The notes below the pieces were generated by a model. The model saw only the letters and a list, made by a program, of their open reading frames with translations. It did no database searches and was not told the DNA's origin. Shown here in pieces: positions 10,042 to 18,041 of a stretch of DNA of 32,000 nucleotides. This DNA comes from Psychrobacter cryohalolentis K5 (lineage in GTDB: Bacteria; Pseudomonadota; Gammaproteobacteria; Pseudomonadales; Moraxellaceae): NCBI RefSeq assembly GCF_000013905.1, contig NC_007969.1:1350001-1382000 (forward strand). Direction: 5' to 3'. Position 1 is the first letter of the stretch. Every line of letters begins with the position of its first letter. Both the position numbers and the translations under genes were made by a program.

Positions 10042-11232
10042 ATGACTACCAATTTACCCGCGAACCAATCCACTGAAGATTCATCAATGACAGACTTATC
10101 AACGCAAGGTTCACCTGTGCCAGAATCCACGATACCCAATGAATTATTAACCATCAATGAGCAATTTGACGAGCATATGGACGATGATAACGTGTCAGAT
10201 GATGAGTTGCTTAATGACGAAGACGAGCATGGCGATAATGAAGTCTCGGTCGCAGGGCAATCTGTGCCTGTTGTGGTTGACGTGAAGCATACGGTCATAG
10301 AAGACGAAGCAGGTTTGCGTATTGATAAACTGGCATCAAAAATATTTACCGATTTTTCACGTGTCCAGTTACAAGGCTGGGTAAGTGATGGCAGCTTGCT
10401 CTATAACGGTAGCATACAAAAACCTAAGATCCGTGTTAAAGCTGGCGATATCTTGCATCTGTCGACGACTTTAGAGCAGCATAGCGAAGATCAGCCAGAA
10501 GATATCGCAATCGACGTGGTTTATGAAGATGATGACGTATTGGTCATCAATAAGCCAGTCGGCATGGTGGTACATCCAGGTGCCGGTAATCAAACAGGCA
10601 CTTTGGTAAACGCGCTATTGTATCACTATCCGCAGCAGCACCATTTGCCGCGTGCAGGTTTGGTACACCGTATTGATAAAGATACTTCAGGGCTATTATT
10701 GATTGGTAAAACCAAACCCGCACAGCTGGCACTGATGGAGCAGCTAAAGGACAAGTCAGTGTATCGTCATTACCAATGTGTGGTCGCAGGGGATGCAGCG
10801 AGTCTATCTCGTCATCGCCGTATTGACGCGCCCATTGGACGCCATCGTAATCAGCGTACCAAAATGACGGTGATGACGGCAGGACGCGAAGCTGTGACTC
10901 ACCTGTTGAATGTAACCGCGCTTAATGGTAACTATTGTTTGTTGGATATAGGGCTTGAGACAGGGCGTACGCATCAGATTCGTGTGCATCTGAGCCATAT
11001 TACTTATCCTATTGTTGGTGATAGAGTCTATGGCGGTCGTCGTCAGCTACGTGCTGGTCTAACAGAAGCGCAGCGTCAAGCGATTAATAACTTCCCGCGT
11101 CAAGCACTCCATGCTTATACGTTGGGTTTCGTCCATCCAACGACTGGTGAAGACGTTGAGGTCACTACACCAATGCCTGAAGATATGCAGCAGCTAATGG
11201 CAGTATTAAGTGACGGCTATGATGAAGAATAA
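10042..11232 (+). CDS. rluD: 23S rRNA pseudouridine synthase, RluD/RluA family
   Basis: An S4-like domain is followed by the catalytic motif HRIDKDTSGLLLIGK and by GRTHQIRVHLSHI. The ORF is colinear with E. coli RluD from about aa 77. The acidic N-terminal ~75 aa are not conserved, so the exact start is uncertain. The divergent bamD / rluD-yfiH arrangement matches E. coli synteny. Confidence 0.9.
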   Translation: MTTNLPANQSTEDSSMTDLSTQGSPVPESTIPNELLTINEQFDEHMDDDNVSDDELLNDEDEHGDNEVSVAGQSVPVVVDVKHTVIEDEAGLRIDKLASKIFTDFSRVQLQGWVSDGSLLYNGSIQKPKIRVKAGDILHLSTTLEQHSEDQPEDIAIDVVYEDDDVLVINKPVGMVVHPGAGNQTGTLVNALLYHYPQQHHLPRAGLVHRIDKDTSGLLLIGKTKPAQLALMEQLKDKSVYRHYQCVVAGDAASLSRHRRIDAPIGRHRNQRTKMTVMTAGREAVTHLLNVTALNGNYCLLDIGLETGRTHQIRVHLSHITYPIVGDRVYGGRRQLRAGLTEAQRQAINNFPRQALHAYTLGFVHPTTGEDVEVTTPMPEDMQQLMAVLSDGYDEE

Positions 11233-11284
11233 GCGATAACGAATAAGTAATACAAAGACGTTTTATTAAAACGGTAAATATGCC

Positions 11285-12250
11285 ATGAAAAATACGCTTC
11301 CCATGACATTGCTAGCACAGCTTGATGATGTGGCTGTGTTTCAAACGGCTGGTTTTTCTGATATAGACTATGCAAATATTGATATATCTCGGTCTAAAAT
11401 CAATCAGCAGCCACCTCAACGACAGCAAGCAAGTTATGGCGAGCTGAACTTGGGGCTGCATGTCAATGATGATGCAAGCGTAGTATTAAGTAATCGGATG
11501 CGTGTGCTTGCTACAATCAATGAGCAGATGATCGCGCAGCAAAACCTACCTGTTCATAGCGTGCCTGTCAAAGCGCTACATTGGGTTAATCAAGTCCATG
11601 GTAATCATATACATGATACCGATGCTACGGTACTGAGTATGGCGCCTATGGCAGCTGATGCTATGGTTAGCAAACAAGATGGTACTGGGCTTGCCATAAT
11701 GACGGCTGATTGTGTACCGATCGTTCTTTATCAGCCAGCAACTGGGCAGATAGCGGCGATTCACGCGGGCTGGCAAGGGCTGGCATGCGGCGTAATCAAA
11801 GCAACGGCTGAACGCTTTAGCGACAGCGGCGAGATTATGGCATGGATAGGCGTTTGTATCAGTCAAGATAGCTATGAAGTGGGTAGCCAAGTCCGAGATA
11901 AGTTATTGGCAGGTTGCATCGCGAATAACGCTTTGACGACAGATGCAATAAGTAATTTTGATGAGCGCTACGTGATGGCGTCAGGTACTAGCGAGTTAGA
12001 CGCAGCGAGTACAGCGGACAAGTTATCAGACAATACGCCAGTCTATGCAGAAAAAATTAAGATAGATTTGCCAAAAATTGCCGCGGATCAGTTGCAGGCA
12101 GCAGGGATTGTCGTATGCAATGAGTCCTCTATCCCTTGTAGTTATGCTGACGGGCATTACTATTCTTATCGACGTCAGACCCATTTGCAGCAAGCTGCAA
12201 CGGGACGCATGGCCTTGATTATTACGCGCAGTGCTTCTATATATAGCTAA
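11285..12250 (+). CDS. pgeF: YfiH/PgeF family (DUF152) purine-nucleoside phosphorylase / peptidoglycan editing factor
   Basis: Family motifs are present: NQVHGNHI, ADAMV, TADCVPIVL, HAGWQGL, CISQDSYEVG and YSYRR. Its position directly after rluD matches E. coli. At 321 aa it is longer than the E. coli protein and carries internal insertions. Confidence 0.85.
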   Translation: MKNTLPMTLLAQLDDVAVFQTAGFSDIDYANIDISRSKINQQPPQRQQASYGELNLGLHVNDDASVVLSNRMRVLATINEQMIAQQNLPVHSVPVKALHWVNQVHGNHIHDTDATVLSMAPMAADAMVSKQDGTGLAIMTADCVPIVLYQPATGQIAAIHAGWQGLACGVIKATAERFSDSGEIMAWIGVCISQDSYEVGSQVRDKLLAGCIANNALTTDAISNFDERYVMASGTSELDAASTADKLSDNTPVYAEKIKIDLPKIAADQLQAAGIVVCNESSIPCSYADGHYYSYRRQTHLQQAATGRMALIITRSASIYS

Positions 12251-12272
12251 TCCACTTTTAAAAGGATACAGA

Positions 12273-12344
12273 ACTACTGGGGTTAATTATTCGCAGCCTC
12301 TGTCTGCGTAGACACAGCAAGCAAGAAAAAGTAACCCCAGTAGT
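12273..12344. repeat. 13-bp perfect inverted repeat with a 46-nt spacer that contains a nested hairpin
   Basis: The arm actactggggtta (12273-12285) is the reverse complement of taaccccagtagt (12332-12344). The inner hairpin is tgtct-gcgt-agaca (12301-12314). The element lies just downstream of the pgeF stop and has no adjacent T-run. Confidence 0.6.
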
Positions 12345-12517
12345 ACCTTATAACATTTGGATTTCTTTTATTTAGGACCGATTATAGTAACTAAAGCATG
12401 ATTATTTAAAAGAGTAACTGGCACATAATAAGTGCGTCTTCTTATCGTTAACAATCATAAGCCTAATTTACCTTTTTATTTTTTATTTCATTACTTATAG
12501 CCATTATTAGAGTTTAT

Positions 12518-13135
12518 ATGAATACATCTGTTACACCGTCTATTGTACTACCTCCTGACGAGAATTCTCTTAGCGTATCTAATATATCGATGGCCGTTAT
12601 TTACCATAGTAACTACGGTCATACTCAACGTGTCGCGGAAGCAATCGTGACGGGTGCTCGTCAGCAACTATCTGAAGCGCAAGCCAAGGCTGTCGATGTC
12701 AATGACGTCGATTGGGAGTTTTTAGATCAAGCAGATCTGTTGGTTTTTGGTAGTGCGGTATATATGGGCAGTGTGACAGCAGGCTTTAAGACTTTTATGG
12801 ATGCGACATCGAAGCGTTGGTATCATGGCAAATGGCAAGGCAAGTGGGCAGCAGGTTTTGCCAACTCAGGTGGGCTTAGCGGCGATAAGCTTGCTGTACT
12901 ACAGCAGATTTGTCTTTATAGCATGCAGCATGGGATGAATTGGATAGGGTTGCCACTTAGACCGACCGGACATGAGCCCCATGATCTAAACCGTTTATCG
13001 AGTAATTTGGGTTTGATGACCCAGTCGCTTGATGGTCCACCTGAAGAAACACCAGGCGCGGGTGATATAGATACGGCGATTTGGTTTGGTGATCATCTGG
13101 CAAAAACCATCATAAAACATCAGCCTGCCTCATAA
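12518..13135 (+). CDS. Flavodoxin-like fold FMN protein (WrbA / NAD(P)H:quinone oxidoreductase-like)
   Basis: MAVIYHSNYGHTQRVAEAI (FMN phosphate-binding loop pattern), LVFGSAVYMGSV and AAGFANSGGLSGDK are typical of flavodoxin/WrbA-type proteins. The true start may be ATG 12590 (MAVIYHS...). Confidence 0.75.
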   Translation: MNTSVTPSIVLPPDENSLSVSNISMAVIYHSNYGHTQRVAEAIVTGARQQLSEAQAKAVDVNDVDWEFLDQADLLVFGSAVYMGSVTAGFKTFMDATSKRWYHGKWQGKWAAGFANSGGLSGDKLAVLQQICLYSMQHGMNWIGLPLRPTGHEPHDLNRLSSNLGLMTQSLDGPPEETPGAGDIDTAIWFGDHLAKTIIKHQPAS

Positions 13136-13169
13136 AAATTCAAAAGCTATTTATTAAGTAGTAAATACC

Positions 13170-13204
13170 AAAAAGCAGATATCAAACTAATATCTGCTTT
13201 TTTT
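13170..13204. terminator. Bidirectional rho-independent terminator
   Basis: The hairpin is gcagatat-caaacta-atatctgc, preceded by AAAAA and followed by a 7-T run. It sits between the converging flavodoxin-like gene (+) and the small lipoprotein ORF (-). Confidence 0.8.
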
Positions 13205-13227
13205 ATTGTCAGCTTTTTATATCTATC

Positions 13228-13398
13228 TTAGTGCTCGTTATTTTCAACGGCAATATCTGCAACTGGGACAGTTTTAACCAACAGATTTTTGCTCGGAGCG
13301 TTTTTGACAGGAATCGGGCTTTCGACAAATTGAAACGACTGACAACCTGTCATAAATAAGGCAGCTGTGAATATATAGGTCAAGGTTAATGACTTCAT
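13228..13398 (-). CDS. Small (56 aa) putative lipoprotein, below the ORF-track size cutoff
   Basis: Hand translation gives MKSLTLTYIFTAALFMTGCQSFQFVESPIPVKNAPSKNLLVKTVPVADIAVENNEH*. It has an n-region and h-region followed by a lipobox-like MTG|C. A weak GAGA lies about 9-12 nt upstream of the ATG. The bidirectional terminator lies about 25 nt after the stop. Confidence 0.45.
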   Translation of the reverse strand: MKSLTLTYIFTAALFMTGCQSFQFVESPIPVKNAPSKNLLVKTVPVADIAVENNEH

Positions 13399-13980
13399 AA
13401 TGATATCTCAAAAGGCAATCGGCGACGGTGAAATAGCGCTCATCATAACCAATGCACGGAATTGTGCAAGATATTATCTCATTATAAACGGAAGTAGTAC
13501 GCTCTGTAAGAAACGTTTAGGATGGGCGTTATGTATCCATTATGTACAGCCAAAATAGGATAAGAAGAAATGTTGGCTTCATTATCTAGCCATAATTTAC
13601 CAGTAATTCATGTTTATAAATATATAGAAACAAGCTTTTATAACTTTACTAATTGTTTTATAAAGAATTAATTATTTTACCTAAATTTATAATATAAAAA
13701 GGTATAACCGTCTATTAAAAAATATATCCAATTATTTATCTTTTTAAGTTTTGTAAAAAAATGATAGCAATGCGTTACTATCCAGGTAATAGAAGTGAAA
13801 TAGTCTTACAGTAGTGAGGTGAACAGACATTTTTTAGCAATGATCTATAAATGGATATTTTCTTACAGTTTTATCTTGCACTGATAATAGCAAAAAATAA
13901 TGATAAAAATTCAGCTTAACAGTGGATGTTATGCGCAACAATCATAAAAATATATGAGATGTTAGCGAAATGAGGGAATT

Positions 13981-15435
13981 ATGAAGCGATTTTCTATGAT
14001 GTTATCGATGCTTGCCATTGGTATGGCCTCCAGCGCTGCGATGGCTGAGGATACGAGCCTTACTAATACAAGCTTACCTAATGCGACCCTACCTAATATC
14101 AGTCCTGCCAATAGCGTGCTCGTCAATCGAGGTGCCTATATTGCTCGTGCAGCGGACTGTATGGCGTGTCATGGCGAAGACTATACTGGCGGTACAGCAA
14201 TAGAGACCCCTATGGGGGAGATTTATTCTACGAATATCACCCCCTCCAAACGCTATGGTATCGGCAATTATACTGAAAACGATCTAAAAAATGTACTACA
14301 AAAAGGTCGTGCGCCTAGCCATATGCTATATCCTGCTATGCCATATCCTTCTTATAGTGGTATGAAAGAAGAGGATATCAACGCGCTGTTTGCCTATCTG
14401 CAAACCGTTCCAGTAGTAGATGAAGCGCCAAAGCATAAAACTGACCTACCATTTCCTTTCAATATTCGTGCGCTAATGCTCGGTTGGAACTTTTTAAATG
14501 TTCCTTCTACCCAAGGACGTGATGGCCTCAATGAGACGCAGAAGCGCGGTGAGTATCTGGTCAATAATCTAGAACACTGTGGTACTTGCCATACGCCACG
14601 CAACAGCACTATGGGCTTCGATAAAAAAATGTATTTATCTGGAGCGCAGTTAGGGCATTGGTATGCACCTAATATCACCCCTGACGAGTCAAGTGGTATT
14701 GGCAGCTGGAGTGAGCAAGATATCATTACTTATCTACGCACCGGCGAGCTTGATCAGCGCGCTTATGCTGGTGGTCCAATGGGTGAGGCAGTCGCGCATA
14801 GTACTCAATATCTAAAGCAAGAAGACCTAAGCGCGATTGCCTCTTATCTAAAAGCAGTACCTGCCATTCAAACCGATGATAAGGTATCTGCCATCGATGT
14901 CTCACGTTTGCCAACCCGTGTAAACGAATCTATCACCCATGATTTACTTGCCCAAAAAGATTATTTGGCTCAAGCCAAAACTGCTGTTAGTAAGGGCAGT
15001 AATTCACCAGAAGCCTTGTATTTGGCGACATGCGGTAGCTGTCATGGTGTGGACGGCTATGGTCAACCTGATGCACAGTATTCACCCATCGTAGGATTAA
15101 GCAGTCTGCGCCGTGATAAGCCTGATGTGCTCGTCAATATGATTTTGCATGGGGTCGTTGGCAGCACCAATACCTCACCGATTATGCCGGCCTTCTCTGA
15201 TGAGCTGAGCAGCGAGCAAATTGCCAGTATCGCCAATTACGTACGCATCAGCTTTGGCGGTCTTGCCAGCAGCGATGTGAGTGCAGCCGATATCGAGCGC
15301 ATCGCTGCCACTAGCGCCGAAAAGCCATTTTTAATTAAATACGCAGGCTTGCTGGCGATATTGGGTATTATCGTCGCCATTGCTGTCATTATATTTATTA
15401 TTCGAGCCATCATACGCTCTAAGCACCGTCACTGA
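13981..15435 (+). CDS. Membrane-anchored triheme c-type cytochrome, resembling the cytochrome subunit of flavoprotein dehydrogenase complexes
   Basis: It has a Sec signal (MKRFSMMLSMLAIGMASSAAMA|ED) and three CxxCH motifs (CMACH, CGTCH, CGSCH) spaced about 140-150 aa apart. A C-terminal TM helix follows (LLAILGIIVAIAVIIFIIRAII). A GAGGG SD lies 5 nt before the ATG. Confidence 0.9.
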   Translation: MKRFSMMLSMLAIGMASSAAMAEDTSLTNTSLPNATLPNISPANSVLVNRGAYIARAADCMACHGEDYTGGTAIETPMGEIYSTNITPSKRYGIGNYTENDLKNVLQKGRAPSHMLYPAMPYPSYSGMKEEDINALFAYLQTVPVVDEAPKHKTDLPFPFNIRALMLGWNFLNVPSTQGRDGLNETQKRGEYLVNNLEHCGTCHTPRNSTMGFDKKMYLSGAQLGHWYAPNITPDESSGIGSWSEQDIITYLRTGELDQRAYAGGPMGEAVAHSTQYLKQEDLSAIASYLKAVPAIQTDDKVSAIDVSRLPTRVNESITHDLLAQKDYLAQAKTAVSKGSNSPEALYLATCGSCHGVDGYGQPDAQYSPIVGLSSLRRDKPDVLVNMILHGVVGSTNTSPIMPAFSDELSSEQIASIANYVRISFGGLASSDVSAADIERIAATSAEKPFLIKYAGLLAILGIIVAIAVIIFIIRAIIRSKHRH

Positions 15436-15633
15436 TTTGGGTTTCATTTCACCTTTCATCAAACAGCGTAGTAATAAATACTATAAAGCTATGTTAGATA
15501 CTGATTATAAGACAAGGATTATGGCAATTAGATAGAGCGCTATCGTTTGGCAATTATAGACAACAACACGCCAAGTACATTGATAACGATGCGTCTACTA
15601 TCCTGCACCATTGTCTACTTTAAGGATATTATT

Positions 15634-17235
15634 ATGAAAGACATGCTTCAATCACCTACGCGCCGTCAATTGCTTTCGATGATTGGTAAAACAGCGGGCG
15701 CGACCGCCATGTATCAAGCAATGACGACCTTGGGGTTTGCTTCAGAATCCAGTTTTAAGGAAGCAATGGATCTTAAGGGCGCACCTGCTGGCGCGAGCAT
15801 TGTTATTCTTGGTGCTGGTCTTGGTGGGTTGACAGCGGCTTATGAGCTGCGAAAAGCGGGCTACGATGTCAAAGTGCTTGAGTTTCAAAATCGTGGTGGC
15901 GGTCGTAGTTGGACACTGAACAGCGGTGATAAATATACTGAGCTTGGCGGCGAAGAGGTCACTTGTGATTTTGAAGAAGGCAATTATTTCAATGGTGGAC
16001 CATGGCGTTTGCCAAGCCACCACTATGCCGTCTTTCATTATTGCAAACAGTTCGGTGTTGAGATGCAACCCTTTATCCAAACCAATGACCGTGCTTATTT
16101 GCATCGTACTAATCATTTCAATGGCGTACCGCAGCGTTTGGGTGACATCAAAAATGACATTCAAGGTCATGTGGCGGAGCTGCTATCGAAGTCAGTAAAC
16201 GTGGGTGGTCTGGATCGCTCAGTCAATACTGAGGACAAAGAGAAGCTTCTAGAAGGGCTAAAAGGCTGGGGCGTGCTCGATAAAGACTATCGCTACCGCG
16301 CCAGTAATGAGACTACCAAACATCGTGGCTTTAGTGTGTTCCCAGGTGGCGGTTTGATGCCAAATGAAAAGCCGTCAAAGCCATTACCAATCAGTGAGAT
16401 ACTAGATTCAGGCATGTGGGGAGATATTTATAGCAATCACATGACCTATGGACATCAGCCGACCATGTTTCAGCCAGTTGGTGGTATGGGTAAAATCGGT
16501 GATGCTTTCACCCGCGAATGTCGCGATATGATTGAGTTTAATGCCAAAGTCACTAAGATTCATCAAGATGATACTGGCGTTACAGTCGACTATGTGGACA
16601 GCAATAGTCCCGATGGTGCAACCAAAACCATCCGGGCAGACTGGTGTGTCTGCAACATACCTTTAACCGTATTAACCCAGCTCGATATCAATGTCTCAAA
16701 ACCAATGAAACAGGCGATGGCAGCGGTTCCTTATGACACTTCCTATAAAGTAGGTTTGGAATTTAATCGCCGATTCTGGGAAGAAGACGAGTGGATTTAT
16801 GGCGGTTTAACCTATACCAATATGCCTATTACCCAAATTGCTTATCCGTCAGAAAATATGTTTAAAGATGGCTCAGGTGTATTGCTTGGTGCCTATGGTT
16901 TTGGCGCGACTTCTTATAAGTTTAATACTCTAACACCGCAAGAGCGTATCAATGTGGCGCTTGCCTACGGTAAATATATCCATCCGCAGTACCCAAAGGA
17001 ATTCCGCGCCGGAACATCTGTCGTCTGGCACCGTATCCCATGGACACTCGGCTGCTACGGTATTTGGAGTGAGTCGAGTCGTGAGCAGCATTACGATAAC
17101 CTATGCAGTATAGACAACCGTATTGTGCTGACAGGTGAGCATTGCTCTCATATTCCTGCGTGGCAGGAAGGGGCTATATTATCTGGCATAGATGCCGCTA
17201 AACGCTTGCATAAAAAAGCAAAAATGCTGGGTTAA
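15634..17235 (+). CDS. Tat-exported FAD-dependent amine oxidase family protein (L-amino-acid oxidase / monoamine oxidase fold)
   Basis: The ORF track starts at TTG 15547. I prefer ATG 15634, with AAGGA 7 nt upstream, which gives MKDMLQSPTRRQLLSMIGKTAGATAMYQAM, a twin-arginine signal. It has a dinucleotide-binding motif (VILGAGLGGLTAAYELRKAGYDVKVLEFQNRGGGR). It is colinear with the LAAO pattern as recalled (GGPWRLP, VGGMGKI, FWEEDEWIYGG..T..P...I.YP, GEHCS....WQEGAILSG). Confidence 0.85.
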   Translation: MKDMLQSPTRRQLLSMIGKTAGATAMYQAMTTLGFASESSFKEAMDLKGAPAGASIVILGAGLGGLTAAYELRKAGYDVKVLEFQNRGGGRSWTLNSGDKYTELGGEEVTCDFEEGNYFNGGPWRLPSHHYAVFHYCKQFGVEMQPFIQTNDRAYLHRTNHFNGVPQRLGDIKNDIQGHVAELLSKSVNVGGLDRSVNTEDKEKLLEGLKGWGVLDKDYRYRASNETTKHRGFSVFPGGGLMPNEKPSKPLPISEILDSGMWGDIYSNHMTYGHQPTMFQPVGGMGKIGDAFTRECRDMIEFNAKVTKIHQDDTGVTVDYVDSNSPDGATKTIRADWCVCNIPLTVLTQLDINVSKPMKQAMAAVPYDTSYKVGLEFNRRFWEEDEWIYGGLTYTNMPITQIAYPSENMFKDGSGVLLGAYGFGATSYKFNTLTPQERINVALAYGKYIHPQYPKEFRAGTSVVWHRIPWTLGCYGIWSESSREQHYDNLCSIDNRIVLTGEHCSHIPAWQEGAILSGIDAAKRLHKKAKMLG

Positions 17236-17279
17236 TTGCGCCAAAAATAGAGACAATTATTATAAATTCAGAGGCTATC

Positions 17280-17924
17280 ATGAACACTATCATCATGAAA
17301 ATAACTATCATGAAAAGCATGACACCTAAGATGCTGATGATCATGCTGTTAAGCAGCAGCGCATTATTAGGCTGTAGTCAAAAAGCAGGCGATGTAGAGA
17401 CGATAGCCAGTAAGCACGATGCTGAGCAAACGGTTGACTATCAAGCAAGTCGCAATACAGGCAGCTGGGGCGCTGTCTATATGAGCCGTGACGAGCTAAA
17501 AGCGCAGCCTATCAATGTCGTTGATGACAGCTCATTACCCAATATGGAAAATGACCCTATTATTAGCGAGTGGGAAGCAAAATTTGAAGGATCCAATGCC
17601 TTTATTACGACCGATGGCAAAAAGCTCTATCATGACTCCTGTGCTGGCTGTCATATGCATAAAGGCGAAGGCGCTTATGGTGCAGGCTATTATCCGCCAC
17701 TGGCTAACAATAGCAAAATGCAGTCAAAATATTACATCATTAATATACTCATCAATGGTTTCCGCGGAATGCCATCGTTTCATATGATGATGAATGATGA
17801 GCAAATGGCGGCAGTGACTCAATACGTCGTCAGTGACTTAAATAGTTATACGGATACAGTGACCGCTGAAGACGTGGCCAAGCTGAGACATGCCAATCCG
17901 CCCGGTTATGATCCAAGTGAATAG
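17280..17924 (+). CDS. Monoheme class I c-type cytochrome, probable lipoprotein
   Basis: A GAGG SD lies 5 nt before ATG 17280. The signal peptide ends in the lipobox LLG|C. There is a single CAGCH heme motif and a distal GMPSF Met-ligand region. It begins 44 nt after the flavoprotein gene. Confidence 0.8.
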   Translation: MNTIIMKITIMKSMTPKMLMIMLLSSSALLGCSQKAGDVETIASKHDAEQTVDYQASRNTGSWGAVYMSRDELKAQPINVVDDSSLPNMENDPIISEWEAKFEGSNAFITTDGKKLYHDSCAGCHMHKGEGAYGAGYYPPLANNSKMQSKYYIINILINGFRGMPSFHMMMNDEQMAAVTQYVVSDLNSYTDTVTAEDVAKLRHANPPGYDPSE

Positions 17925-17979
17925 TGTTGCTGTGAACAATGTTTCCTTAGAATAAAAGCTAATCGATTTACTCTCATAT

Positions 17980-18012
17980 AAAAAAGCGCCCAATCGATGA
18001 TTGGGCGCTTTT
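17980..18012. terminator. Bidirectional rho-independent terminator between the cytochrome gene (+) and tolB (-)
   Basis: The sequence aaaaaa-gcgcccaatc-gat-gattgggcgc-tttt forms a GC-rich 10-bp stem flanked by an A-run and a T-run. Confidence 0.85.
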
Positions 18013-18041
18013 CTTGGTTAAGACATTACGAATTTCTAGCT

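Noticed and set aside
9942-10298. 118-aa minus-strand ORF overlapping the 5' end of rluD
   Set aside because: Its S/T/C-rich low-complexity product is the complement of the acidic rluD N-terminal extension. The rluD frame runs continuously into the conserved catalytic domain.
14012-16198. ORFs 14012..14203, 14394..14726, 14726..14914, 15742..16170 and 15926..16198, plus the TTG-initiated N-terminal extension of the flavoprotein ORF (15547-15633)
   Set aside because: These are off-frame or antisense shadows of the cytochrome and flavoprotein genes. The extension would precede the Tat signal and lacks an SD, whereas ATG 15634 has AAGGA upstream.
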